Below, in pieces: positions 1 through 13,924 of a DNA stretch of 64,000 nucleotides (positions are counted from its first letter, which is position 1; each line of letters begins with the position of its first letter). The translations under genes and the position numbers were made by a program. Origin of the DNA: Octopus bimaculoides (taxonomy: Eukaryota). Location of the stretch: positions 2,887,297-2,951,296 of the forward strand of contig NC_068995.1 of assembly GCF_001194135.2 (NCBI RefSeq), in the 5' to 3' direction. Below the pieces are notes generated by a model. The model was not told the DNA's origin. It worked only from the letters and a program-made list of their open reading frames with translations, and ran no database searches.

Positions 1-199
1 ATAAATGTTTCGGAATAAAATATGTGAAATGAAGTTTATATTAATGAGAAGAATGCACCACACACACACACACATACACGTGTGTGTGCGTGCATGCATG
101 CATATTTACATACATACATACACAATGGAATGCTTCTCATAAAGGTGACATTAACCAGGTGATGTATTATGAAAAGTGGTCCCAATAAGTGTGTGTCTG

Positions 200-264
<65 letters not shown>

Positions 265-3200
265 GTATGTATGTTTATATTTATCTTTTACTTATTTTAG
301 TTAGACTGAAGGGTTTAATCTGGTACTTATTCTTACAGTCTCTTACCAAACTGCTAAGCTATGGAAACGTAAACAAACCAGCACTGGTTGCCAAGCAATG
401 GTTGTGGTGGTTGTGGCAAACACACAAATTATGCATATGTGACCGGCTTCTACATTTTCTGTCAACCAAATACATGTGCAAGGCGTTGTTTGACCTGGGG
501 CTGTATTAGAAACCACTTGCAACAGTGCCACACAGTGGGAATGAACCTGAGGCTGCATGGTTGCAAGGCGAGCTTCTTAACCACACAGCCATGCCTACAC
601 ACATATATATATTGAGGTCTACTTTGTCTTTCATCTTTTTGGAGTCAATAAATTAAGTACCAGTTGCGTACTGGGGTCGATCTAATCAAATGGCTGCCTC
701 CCCCTAAAATTTCAAGCCTTGTGCCTAGAGTAGAAAAGAATATAGATGGTTTTGAAGTGAGTTCCACTGCACAGCACTTTGGACATGTCTTCTACTATAA
801 CCCTGGACCAACCAGAGCTTTGTGAACAGACTTCGTTGAAAGAAACTGACAGAAACCCATCATATATATATATATATATATATATGTGGCTGTGTGTCTG
901 TCTGTTTGTCTACACATCACAGAATAGTTGTCACCATCATACTACAAGTGGTGTCCTGCATTTCCGATCTGCTATGAATATATAGGGAAATATGATTTGG
1001 GAAGAGGTGAGGGTTAGCAAACACGAAGAGCAGCATTTGGTCATTGGATATCTGTCTCAACAAATTCCATCTGGCCCATGAAAGCATGGAAAAGTGAACA
1101 TTAAAATGATGAAGATTATATACGTTAGTAGTAAACAGAGATGGATCAAAAAGATAAATTCTGTCTGACCCATACAAGTATGGAAAAGTTGATATTAAAA
1201 AAATGATGATGATGATATGCACACATATTCATAAATGATCTCACAAAGCTAAACCGAAAGAAATCGTGTTAAATTAACACCCTAACATCTTAGATAATGA
1301 GGTATAAAAGATTGGATTTCAAAAGTCTAACACATTCTCTAAAAGAGCAGATGGTCCCAGTTGAAGCATCTATGATTTATATGGCTATTTGAAGAGGTTT
1401 AGCTTACACTAAACAAAAACAACATAAAAATATTTTTAAAAAAATACAAAAGGACCACTTGAACATGTACAGACACATCGACAAATACATTAGTAGTCCT
1501 TCACTACAACGTTAATATAAAACACATAATCTGCCTCAATCTCTCTCTCTCTGTCTATATGTATATATATATATACATATACATACACACCACAGATATC
1601 TTGTAATTGTCACAGGTGTATTTAACCCCTTAAATTTAAACTGGCCATACCCAGCCCAAGTATTGTTTTATGTTTAAATCAGCTAAATCTGGCTTCTCAC
1701 ACCTACCCTACAATACTATTCTAAAACTATACACTCACATCATTGAAATCTCAAAGCTACAAGATAATGCATGATTATTTCAAAACAGTGTAAAGAAATA
1801 AGTATTACATTTACTCATAACAAAGTAATCTGAATGCTAAATGGTTAAACTGCACTGGGTAACCAACAACCTTACTTACAAAATGTCACAGACGAGATGT
1901 TGGCAGATTCAGTCCCAGGGAGTAATATGCTGGGCAAATTCTATCGTGAACCCAAACAAACCAAAGCCATGTGAATGGATTCGGTAGAGTGAAAGCAGGC
2001 TATCATATGTGTTTGTATGTTCCTGTCTTTACACAGCATGCTAACTGTAAAGAAATGGCGTTGACTGTTTGGGATCACCATCATCATCCTTTAACATCTA
2101 TTTTCCATGTTGGCATGGGTTGGACAGTTTCACTAGAATTGGCAAGCATGAGAGCTGCACTGGGTTCTAGTCTGATTTAGTTTCTATGGCTAGATGTCCT
2201 CCCTAAAGTCCACCACTTTACAGAGGTGTACTGAGCGCTTTTAATGTGGCATGGAAACATGTCTGGCCATTGTGGCTGTTTGTATTCAAAGATTAGGAAG
2301 GGAACTATTTCCTTATTTGGAAACAGGTGAAAGTTGGTAACAAGAAAATCTTTGGGTCCTAGGAAAAGTCTGTGTTGATGAAATACAAAGAGTGATGCAA
2401 GGTAGAAGGAACTTCTTGTGGTGGCAGAAAATCTCTCTGATGAAAGTGGTATGATAAAATGCACCCAGCTGTAAATTGGTTGATAAGAAGATGGTGCCCA
2501 GCCATGAAAAACCTAATCATGGAATATGGCACACATAATAGCAAAGATTGATGGATTTCCTCTGTTGTTAAGTATGTGTTAATGAAGGACAGCAACATGT
2601 GGAGAGATGCTGTGTTAAAACTGACTCATCCGATCTATACAAACATGGAAAATGGATGTAAAACAATTATGATGATGTGTCCCAAAACCAGGATAATCAA
2701 TAATACGATTTTCTGGAAGACCAAAAATATACACTGACCACATCTGCCATGTTGGCCGTGTCTTTTACTAATCAACATTATTACATCACACTGCAAGTCC
2801 TCACCACCACATTACACAACCTGGCCTCACGACTAAATCTATCACTGCAGGTTTTTCACTATTACTCTACACACACACACTTTTAATTTCCTAATATAGA
2901 CCATGTCTTTCCTACCATCCAACACCACCCCACATGTACTCAATACTACATGTACAACACCACACCTGCTCTCACACCCACACTACACCATCAGACATGT
3001 CCTTACTACCATATCACACCATGAAATGTATTCACCACCACAACGTCACATACTGTACACTTTTAGACCAAACTGAAACCCATCATATTCCATAACAGAA
3101 GTTATGGGTTTGTTCTAATTATTCAGTTAATCTTACAGCTGTTACTAATGAGCTGACAAAATTTTCATCAAATTCTATCATATATTTCAGTGTAAACGAA

Positions 3201-5069
3201 CAGTTATGAAATCTTAACATAAACAGTCCAGGCAGCAAAAGCTGGCAGAAGCATTAGAACACTGGGGAAAAAGCTTGGTTGCATTTTATCCATCTTTACA
3301 TTCTGAGTTCAAATTCCACCAACATCAAACTTACCTTTTGTCCTTTTGGGGTTGATAACATCAGTACCAGTTGAGCACTGGGGTCAATGTAATCGACTTA
3401 GCCCCTCCTCTGAAATTATTGACCTTAGGCCAAAATTCGAGACCAATATAAACAGCCTTGGCTGCCACTGTATAAAAGTTCTACTTGCAACATCTGTCAG
3501 ACACCACTTAGCACCTTTGGCAAGAGCAAGTGTCTTTTGCAATAGCCAGAGCAGAACAGAGGGACCAAATGATTACTTCCTATTTCAGAAGAGAGCATGG
3601 AAGTGATTGGCTGGAGCTGATGCGATCTCAGGGTGGACCTTCAAGGCACAAGGCAGGCAGGAATGAGCAGGAGAGTAGGTGATGTCTGGCAGTTTTGAGG
3701 AGGGAGAACAGGTAACTTGATTCCATTGACATGAGTACATGTGCCCTTCCTCTTGTTTAACCCTGTTTCTAAGCAACATAGGCCTTCCCCATCACCAAAC
3801 ATGTTTTGCACAGAAGACCGGAAACAAGTATGACACCCGCTTACAACTTTCACACAATATCAAGAGAAGACAGTAACACACACACATATCATCATCATCA
3901 TTGAACTTATGTTTTCTATGCTGACAGGGTCTACACCAGATTCCATAGTTTGTTTTGGCTTGGTTTCCACAGCTGGATGCCCTTCCTAATGCCAACCATT
4001 TTGCAGAGTGTACTGGATGCTTTTTATGTGGCGCCATCACCACATATCTATACTTAATACATCAATAAGATGATCAACAGACTGAATTGTATAGTTTTAT
4101 TTTTGTTTAATGAGTCTATAAAAATATTTGAGGTTAACAAACTTCTAAAACTGCAAAAACTAGTAAAAGAAATTCTATTCACATTTATTTATAAAATATT
4201 TTAGTAATTAAAATAAAATTATTTATTCACTTGATTTACTCATTACAGCAATATTTTAATTAGTTTAATCCTTCAGCATTCAAATTACATTGTCCAAAAT
4301 AATGTTTATTTATTCACATCATTTTCACTTAATCCTGGATTATCTCACGGCTCTGAGATTTTGATGATGTGATTGTTTAGTTTTAGAATGACATTGTAGG
4401 GTAGCTGTGAGGGGTCAGATCTTGTCAGTTTAAATGCTAAAGGGGTTAATATTTATTTCTTACATCCAAAAGTACATTTATTTGTTGAGTGAAAGGTCAG
4501 TCATTGAGGTCCCTTGCAAAAGGGGACTCTATTTCAATGACAGCTGCAATGATGAAAAGGAAAATGAAACCCTTCTGGGATTTGAACTCAACATGCAGAA
4601 AAAGTAAACTAAATGTCTTATATTTTGGTGGTTTATTCTTTCAGTTTTCTTCTAATCATTTTTGGTTCCTTTGCATAATAAAGGGGTGGTATTGAGTGGT
4701 GGTGGTCATGTCTTACCAAAGGAATGGACTGGAGGTATGGAAGCAAAGTAAAATAACTACAAAAGAAAAAAAAGAGAAAAACTCCATCATAGACTCAACC
4801 AAGAACTTAACCAAAATCTTCTTATATATAACAGTGAATGTGTGTATATATATATATATATATATAGATAGATAGATAGATACAAACATACATACACATC
4901 AGTGCACACATATATGTATATAGATGGTTGATCTACATGCATAAGTACGTGTGTGTTTGTTCCAAGTTGTTGGCTACAGTTGTGCACCCAGCAAGTTAAA
5001 ATTTTGCCTGTGGGACATATTTTCAAGAATGTTACGGGCTGAGTTCATTCTTTGCTGCTATTTTCTATA

Positions 5070-5260
5070 AAGCTCAGTACCACTATTTCAATATAATAGA
5101 CTAGGTACTGTTGTTAGTGCCAAATAATAAGCTGGGTACTACTGCAATTTGTAAAACAAGTTGGGTACCACAGCTAGTTTTCTTAAAGCTGGGTACTGTG
5201 ACTAATTTGACATAAGCTGGGTACTGTTGTTAGTTCTAAAACCTAAACTGTGTATAACTG
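5070..5260. repeat. Degenerate minisatellite, period about 28-31 bp, with a conserved AAGCTGGGTACT core
   Basis: Six to seven core copies separated by 16-19 nt variable segments. Confidence 0.75.
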
Positions 5261-6379
5261 TTAGTTCTAAGCATTACCAGTTTATTTTTCATTAACTGCA
5301 AAACACCTGTAATCTAGCATAGAGTGACATCTTAAGTGTCCTCCATGGCTATTTAGTAACATAATTAATAGCTACAACTGCAGATTGAAACCATATTGCT
5401 TCAATTGACACACTGTAATTTTCTAAATGATATTACACATCCATAATTTAATCCTTTAATTCCTAAAAAATTGTTGGCTAATCCTCTTATTATAATGGTG
5501 TATCTGATGGGTATGAAGATATTTAGGTACAGTGTGTTATGCGTTGCACTGAAATGTCTGTCGGCAACCACACACAATGTTTTTAATGTCTTTTGTGAAG
5601 AAGGAGGGAGAGAAATTTTAAAGCATTATATATTGATAGTTTTACATGTGAAAACCCTTCCCTTGGAGCTGCTAGTCACTGAACTGGGAATTAAGAGTGG
5701 GAAAAAGAAGAAAAAGTATTTGGTGTCAATTAAGCAGGTTGAAAACGGAAGGTTTATCTGACTATAATAAAGTCTGAATTCATAAACCCCATGATCAGTA
5801 ATCCAGTATGTAACCAGACCAATAATTGTACCTTAATTGTCAGAATAAAAAAATGAGAGTTTTAATACTCTTGTAACCATATCTCTGTTGAAATATATTA
5901 CATTTGTTTCAATTATTTTCAGAAATGATGAAGAGTCATTATTAAACTGAAAATTAACATGAAATTTTGATAAGTTTTAATTTAACCCATTTTAAACCTT
6001 GTAGCATTTAATCTAGCCATATTCAGCCAAAATATTTCCACCGTTTTATGTTGAAACTGGTCAGGTCCTGCCTTTCACACCAACCTTACAATGTCAGTGT
6101 AAAATAATCATTGTTGAAATCTCAAACCTATGAGAAAACAAATGATAATCATTTATCATTTTTTAGCTTTTGATGATGTTTTTGAATGTCATTGTTGGGC
6201 TGGTGTGAAAAGCTGGATCTGGCCATGTTGAACATAAAACAGGTAGAATATTTTGGCCGGATGCAGCCAATTTGATAGGAAACTGCCTGATATTGCACAT
6301 GGTTGCATGATACCAATTTCCAGTTTGAAAGTGATTTAAATCAAAATCTTCCATTGAAATTTCATGTTAATTATGTTCT

Positions 6380-6755
6380 AAACACAATCCAATCTGGCAA
6401 AGTTTCTACAGCTGGATGTCCTTCCTAACACCAACCACTCCAAGAGTGTAGTGGGTGCTTTTAACGTGCCACCAGCACGGGAGCCAGTCAGATGGTCCTG
6501 GCATCTGCCACAACTACAATTTCCATTTTTGATTGAGATTCTGATTGTGATGGGCAACATGCCATGCTTGAGGAGTCGTATTGAGTCAATCAAAATCAAT
6601 AAACGGTTGGCGCTAGGAAGGGCATACAGCCACAAAAGTTATACCAAAGCAGGCAGTAGAGTATGGTGCAGTCATTCAACACGCCAGCTCCTGTCAAACC
6701 GTCCAACCCATGCCAGCGTGGAAAATGGACGTTAAATGATGATGATGATGATGTG
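6380..6755 (+). repeat. RTE-3'-tail / (GAT)n-ended repeat (representative copy). Others: about 1020-1110, 2080-2230, 3890-4040, 18895-19110, 20100-20290, 27980-28200, 52730-52900, 56570-56715, 59420-59480, 61030-61170, 61780-61840, 62960-63010
   Basis: Recurrent CCAACCCATGCCAGC(A/G)TGGAAAA.GGACGTTAAATGATGATGATG. Confidence 0.85.
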
Positions 6756-7563
6756 TATGATTGTTTTCTTGTCTTGACATCACACGAAAGTTGTAAATGA
6801 GCGTCACTCTCATACAAGCGGTGTTATTCGTTTCTAATATTCTGTGCGAGCATGTCTGACCATGGGCAAATATTACCTTGCTTGCAAACGAGGTATGGAT
6901 TGATGACAGGAAGGGAATCTGACCAGGGGAATCTACGTCAATAAATGCTGTCCGACTAATGCAGGCATAGAAAAATGGGCGTCAAAACGAGGACGATATG
7001 AAACAACAGAACATATTTTAAATAATTGAATAGATAACGAAAGCGTTACATAAAATATTAAAATATGGTATTTCCACTTTTAGTTAAATTAGAACCCGGA
7101 AAAATTCTAAACACTGCAAGTTGACCATCTTTTGCAAACGAATACATTACACACACACACACACATTACCTCTGTATAACGGGGTTTATTCCTGTCAAAT
7201 TAGGGAATCTAGAAGCTAAAGATATTTATTTCAAATACGAAATATAAAAGCAACACAACAAAATCTTCCTGATCTATTTGTTAAAAAAAAACAACAAACA
7301 ACAAAAATCTGCAGAAGTGTGTAAAGGGAGCTAAGTACGTTAAGCACAAAACTATAAATTATTCCTCATGTAGTATATTATTATTATTATTATTATTATT
7401 ATGTTTCCGGCAGGAATAACTAACATAGCATGTGTTTTAAATTAAATTTAGTATCATATAGATGGATAGTTTTGCCTCACTGTATCGAAAAAGATTAATA
7501 TATATTAATTTATTAGCCTTTACTCGGTTTTCTGCAGATGATGCGTGTGTGTTTACACATACA

Positions 7564-8155
7564 TATGAAGTCTGTTCAAAATGCATCCGACTTTATTGTT
7601 TCCCGCTAAAACTAACGCCGCGTGGGCGAAATCCTGTAGGTAGGAGGTCACGCCACCCTTTGTGCGCAAGCATGAAAAATTTTGCGCCGGAAGGCCGCGC
7701 CAGTACCCGGCTGTTACGCCTAGAGTACAGACGTGTATGTAGTGCGCGCTCGCAGGACTTTCGTTTTCACGCAAAAATACCGAAAACAACGAGCAGAGAT
7801 ATTGCATCAAGTTTCTGGCAAAACTTGATGGTACTCAAGCTCAAACCATCCAAAAGATTAAGCAGGCCTTTGGCGATGATGCTATGTGGAAAACTCTGAT
7901 CAAAGAGTGGCACAACCGCTTCAAACATGGCCACACCTCAGTGAAGAGCGATGACATGCTCGGGCAGGCCGTCCACAAGCCGAAACGATGAACCGATTGA
8001 GAAAGTTCGGCGAATAGTCATGGAAGACTGTCGTGTAACACTCCAGGAAAATGCTCACAAAGTGGGAATAAGCACAGGATCAGTGTATTCCAATTTAAGG
8101 AATGATTTGTGCAAGCGGAAAGTGTCGGCGAAATTCGCCCCCAAGATGCTGGTAT
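7564..8155 (+). mobile_element. Mariner (Mos1-like) transposon, 5' portion only, frameshifted transposase
   Basis: TA plus TIR-like TGAAGTCTGTTCAAAATGCATCCGAC. From 7791: EQRYCIKFLAKL...EWHNRFKHGHTSVKSD, then a frameshift to SGRPSTSRNDEPIEKVRRIV...KVSAKFAPKML (HTH domains). DDD domain absent. Confidence 0.85.
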
Positions 8156-9054
8156 ATGCTATGCATTGAAGAAATTTGTCATACTTCGCATTCAAAAATG
8201 ACTGAACTAATTATCTGTAATAATTAAATCACTCGGCTTTTATCATATTCGTTATCCCACAATTTAGCTTTAATAATTTCATTGTTACCGATCCTAATGT
8301 TTTGTCATATAAAATATGCATTCATACCACGAAAATATATATTTATATAATTATTCCCTAATGACAACCCCAACCAAAAACCACCTTCTTTGACATTTCT
8401 CTTCCGAGTAACAAAATAAAGATCACACTTTTTTTTTTCCTGCGACTACTACATTGACTTTCATTTCGAGATTATATATATATATGACAACTGTAAATAG
8501 CAACACACGATTCTTGTCTGCATTTATCTACTGCTAACCAAACATGTTCAGATATTTATAAAACCATAAATATAACTATTTTATTTTTCGCTTAAAGAAA
8601 AAAAAAAAAATCAAACTTAATTCTGTATTTTATCCTACATTTTTTTTTTTTCGGATAATACAGAATTTTTTTGTTTTTTTTGTTTTACAGGAAAAGAAAA
8701 AAAAATCCACAAATAATGATGTTAAAGAGAGAGAAAAAGCGGAGTAAATAATCTTCACTCAACTTTCATTACAGAAAGTGAATGGCTATTTCTACTACTG
8801 TAGTAATATTTTGCGTTATTGAATGTAAATTAATTTCATTATTTTGGTCAGATATTCTGCAACAGAAGAAGAAACCCAGTATTTTTGCTCATTATTAACC
8901 AGTATAATTTTACAACTTTCCTTACATTCAATTTGCGATTATTAAGTAAGCCGGTAATTAGTTTTAAGAATTATTTTAATTAATGACACTTAAAAAGACA
9001 TGTTAAATTTTAATTACGCCGCTTCTCTCCCAATTATACCTGAATCAGCGAACA

Positions 9055-9606
9055 TCATTGGTTTACTCTACCTCTATTATATTTCCTGCTGGAAAAATGG
9101 GTCTTGTCTATTTTGACTACCACCGAAGTTCCATTCTTCAAGTCCATGTCATCACTTTGGATAGGAAGTTGTCCAATAAAACGAATACCCTCATCTTTGC
9201 ACAACTGGGCCCAGTCACTGCTGGCTTTCGCAACAGTATCTTGTAATAGCATATCTTTAGTCCAAGAATAAATGAAAATCACTAATTGTGACAGATCCAG
9301 CTTAGATTTATCAAAGACCGAATCAGTTCTTATAGACTTCCTATTTTTACAACGGCTGCAGTACCACCTATATTTGTCTTCGCAACCTGTATATTTATTT
9401 ACACCACATGGAATATTACATGTAGTGCATGTATATGTATTTCTAATCAATCGACGTTTGGCCAACCATTCCAAAATATCCAAAGAACCTGGATCACCAA
9501 TTGACTTGGACAAAGAATTTAAGGTCCACTTTTCATCTCGGATTTCTGCATCTGTCAAAACTTGGTCGACAATTTTCAATTTCTGCTTTGGACCTCTACG
9601 AGCCAT
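9055..9606 (-). mobile_element. Merlin / ISXO2 (IS1595-like) transposase, N-terminal half, truncated
   Basis: CTTC...WYCSRCKNRKSIRTDSVFDKSKLDL and VVKIDKTHFSSRKYNRGR match Merlin motifs (SIR.GS.F...L; VEIDES.F.KRKY.RGR). Stop falls at the conserved W position. Confidence 0.85.
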
Positions 9607-11145
9607 GTTAAATGATTTGCTAATACAACTATTTTATTTCTCATCTTATGCACTGTATATCAGCTATTTTACAATTTGTTGTCCAATCTCATCTAAACTT
9701 TGGTAAAATGAAAGCAAAAACGGCGTAATTAAAATTGGAATCAGCAGTAATGGAGAAAGTCAAAAATCCGACATGGATTTCATGAATTGCCGAAACGAAA
9801 AGAAAGAAGAATGAAATGCTTTAAAATAACCAAAGTAGGCCTCCCACTCCAACTTTTGTTATTCATTTTTAACTGTCAAAGTAATTTTCAGATTTTTCTG
9901 ATTTTGACATGGGATTGTGCAAAATTAAATTAATAAAAACAAAAGAAATTGTTAAAAATATCAAAATTTATTTACCCCTCCCCCAACATACATAAAGCGT
10001 CAATCTTGAGGAAACACAAATTTCTTAGAATTACATAAAGACAGGCGAAACACGACTAACTGTGCCTTCATATTAGCTCTTTACCATATTTGTTAACTAT
10101 ATTCCAGATTTATTTAGTCTCAGCACCAATTATATACAGTAGGATTATATTACATAAATATAGACAAACCAGAAGGCACTGGGTTTCTTTGATAATTTTG
10201 CAGACATCCGACCAAAATAACGAAAGTGATTATTATTAATAAAAGCATTAATTAGTATAATAATAATAACTCACTTTATAATACAGAAATGTAAAAATGA
10301 GGTTATACTTTTATTGGCTTCGAATGGATAAAATAAATATTTGAGTCACTTAAATTTTATTAATCATTTTAGAAACTAATTTAATTTTTAGGCTATTTTA
10401 ATTAACTTCACTCGAAACTGCTTATATAACTATCACATACTAAATGCATATATATATATATATATATATATAGATATATTTGTTATATACATTACTTATG
10501 CATGTGTTTTATAGACCTAATACTAGGATATTGGGGTATTTAGTTTGACACTACGGTATTATATATATATATATATATATAACGGTACATTATGTATACA
10601 CTTGTCTGATGTATATAATACTAGTATCATATACATGAAATATTCATGTATATTTTCATTAGCACCATTCTATACAAGCTCCAAATAAATACCTCGTAAT
10701 AAACACACGCACACATATATGTGTGTGTATATATAGAAATATTTATACATATTTGATCTAATTTAAAATCACTCGATATGCACACCTAAATGTATGTAAT
10801 GTACTTCAACATCATCTATCTGCAGTACTTTATCATTATATGTATATGTGTATATGTGTATATGTATTTGTACAGGAGTGTATATATATTTATGAGGATG
10901 TGTTTATATATGCGTATTCATATTTGTATGTATATATGTATATGTTATATACATTATAAATGTATACACGTGTCTTGTATGAATAACACACACACACCTA
11001 CATACACAAGTCCAAAGTAAGCTAGAATCATATATTGCAGCAAACAACTGATGAGAGGAGGGGGAGAAGATGCACCTGTTTGCAAACGTGCTCAATTATT
11101 TGATGCAAGTTTTGTTTTAATACGGTTTCGACTATTAAATAGAGT

Positions 11146-11186
<41 letters not shown>

Positions 11187-13450
11187 TATATTATATAGAA
11201 TACACTCTACAATATATATTCCATTGAGTGATGAAACATTTTAGAAAAAAATAAATATCAAAAATTCACCCATAAAACATCAATGTAAGCGAAAGAAATT
11301 ACTTTAAAATAGTAAAGATTATTAATTAAATAAATTAAAAATATTTAATCATGATGGAAAAAAAAAATTTTTTTGACCTTTGACCCAATATTAATATGTG
11401 GTCCTGCATTTTTTTTTTTTGTTAACGAAAAAATAAAACTTTTCTTTCTTTACACTTAGTAATTAAAATGATGTTTGTAATGAGTTAAATTGATGAAGGG
11501 CAAAAAAGACACAATATGATTTTTTTAAAAAAAAAGCTTTGATCGTTAAAAGTGTCAGTCAGTTTCTGAACATGGCGTCGGGTCTATTTCAAAGAGGGGG
11601 GAAAATGGGACAGCAAGTTATCTATTTATCAAAGGGAAAATTTCTTGTGAGAAATACAGAGACAATGAATGTGTATATATAAGAAATAAAAACCGTATGT
11701 ATGTAGTATGTATGCGATACAATTTCATAGACTATCACCACCAACTCTTATAATAACAGTAAGATGAGGCAGTCCTACCGTAACAAGTGGTGAGACACAC
11801 ATTTTAACAGCCAACATGGAATAGAGAAAGAGAGAGAAAGAAAAAGAGTGAAACAAAGAGACAGAGAAAAAGAGAGAGAGAGTTGATACGCGCTTCAAGT
11901 GCGCATGCGTACAACATAGTCATTTTCTCTCATGATTCTCGCCGTAGGAGGAATGGTTTACCATATAAATGCATACGTATATTCACACACACACACATAT
12001 ATATATATATACATACATACACACACACACATATAAATACATACACATGTATACACACACACTATATATATATATAAATACATACACACCATATAGGTAC
12101 ATACACACGCTATATAAATATATATATATGTATGTATGTACATTATATCTACTTTACTTTTATTTGTTTCAGTCAGTTTGACTGTGGCCATGCTGGAACA
12201 CCGCCTTTAGTCGAACAATCGGCCACACTCTGCGCGCGCGCGCTCGTATGTCTGAGAGAGAGAGATTAGCCTGGGCTGGGACTATTATTAGATGCAATTT
12301 CGCTTCCGTCTTCACGGTTTTTGCTGTCATTTTACGTTCGGTTGACTAGATGTCCTGTGATATTTTATTAGAGATTTACGGCAGATTGAGACCATGGAAT
12401 TACGTCATTTGTCTAAATTGAAAGAAGATGTATTGAAAAATTTCGATTTTACTCAATTATACAACATGGAACTGTTGTTCTTCGACTAAACCATGCTGAT
12501 ATTTTATACACTAAATGATGTAGCTTGCTGTCAATAAATAAATACCATAGGGTCTAGTGCACTGTAATTATCTAAATTTGATAATTACAGTGTAATTTTT
12601 GTTGAAAAGGAATCATTATTATCATAAATGTATTTGTACAAAATGAAACAAAATTTTAAAAAATAGAATTAATATTTTCTAATTGTCAAATTATAATTTT
12701 CCTTTAAATATTTTCATATATAAACATAATTTTAAATTATTTTTTCTAAGGTGTAATCATTTACAGATTTTACGTAGAGTTATTGCTGTTTGATAATATG
12801 ACCAGGATTAGAATTAAATTTAACTAGGAATTTCATATTTTATTAATGGTAAATTATCTTCGAAAAAAAAAACTTCGAAATTGATCGTATCAATAACATT
12901 CTTCGTTATTTATTCAATAAAATCCTCAAAGTTCAATCTTCATATATTTTGTTATGTATCTTTGGATAATATTTTTTTCTATCTCTCCATAATTCAAATG
13001 GCATAATGTGCGATAAACTCCTTTCGGTTTTGCTTTGGATCGTAATTTTCATTAAAAAAAAAAAAAAACTTAAATTTACAGCATCGAGTGACGGCGAAGG
13101 TAAAGGATAAGCACACCCGGTGTTTAAGGTAAAATTAGGGGTTAGGGTTACATCGAAAACGGGTGGTATGCGTATTCTTTACCTCCGCCTGAGTGACATC
13201 CGAATTAGTGATGGAAATGTAGGGGTACAGTGTCCCTCTACTTTTTAAAGAGAGTAGCTTAATCAGAGCCTATAAGCACCCGAGCAAATCAATGTACTAG
13301 GCTCCATAGTATTTATTTATTGACAGCAAGTCACATTATTTATAGGGCTTTCCCATAAGTAGGTTATCTCCCTTGGCTCGGCGGCGCTCCATGTGGACAA
13401 TTAAACTTCCGCAGACTATCCACGCTATTGTTATTGTTTTACGTCTTATC

Positions 13451-13534
13451 ATGGATATAAAGCAGCTCGATGATTCAGCTATTGAAGTACTTACTGTGCC
13501 TGAGTTAAAGAAATATTTAAGATTATATGGACAA
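13451..13534 (+). mobile_element. SAP-like N-terminus of a DNA-transposon accessory ORF (fragment)
   Basis: MDIKQLDDSAIEVLTVPELKKYLRLYGQ has the LTV.ELK..LR..G SAP-like pattern, then breaks off. Confidence 0.45.
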
Positions 13535-13854
13535 ATATTTGAAATGTTTCTTCAAATTTTCCACATCTACCTTCACCTCTCTCATTCCCATGTCGCTGGT
13601 CGGCCTGCAGCTGCTAGCTGGTAGTCATATTAAACCCCCTCAGCAATGGCTTTCAACAACAAAACAAGCAACAATACAATAACAGTTCCTCAACAAATTC
13701 CTACAACGTATTTCTACTCACGCGCTCCTTCAAAACATGACACGATAATAGTTCTTAAAACAATTTCAACAGAACGCAAATCAGAGAACTCACCACGTTA
13801 ACCGCTTTCTTCAATCAAATTCGCAACACAACTCCAAAAAAACTGGTGCTCAAC

Positions 13855-13924
13855 ATGCATAATAAGCACTTGCTAATATTAGCCCTAAATTGGGGGCTAA
13901 TATTAGCAAGTGCTTATTATGCAT
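13855..13924. repeat. Perfect 31-bp inverted repeat with 8-nt loop
   Basis: ATGCATAATAAGCACTTGCTAATATTAGCCC-taaattgg-GGGCTAATATTAGCAAGTGCTTATTATGCAT. Confidence 0.95.

Noticed and set aside
12395-12490. Short ATG ORF MELRHLSKLKEDVLKNFDFTQLYNMELLFFD* after a CpG-rich segment
   Set aside because: Too short, no domain and no donor; cannot be called an additional variable exon.
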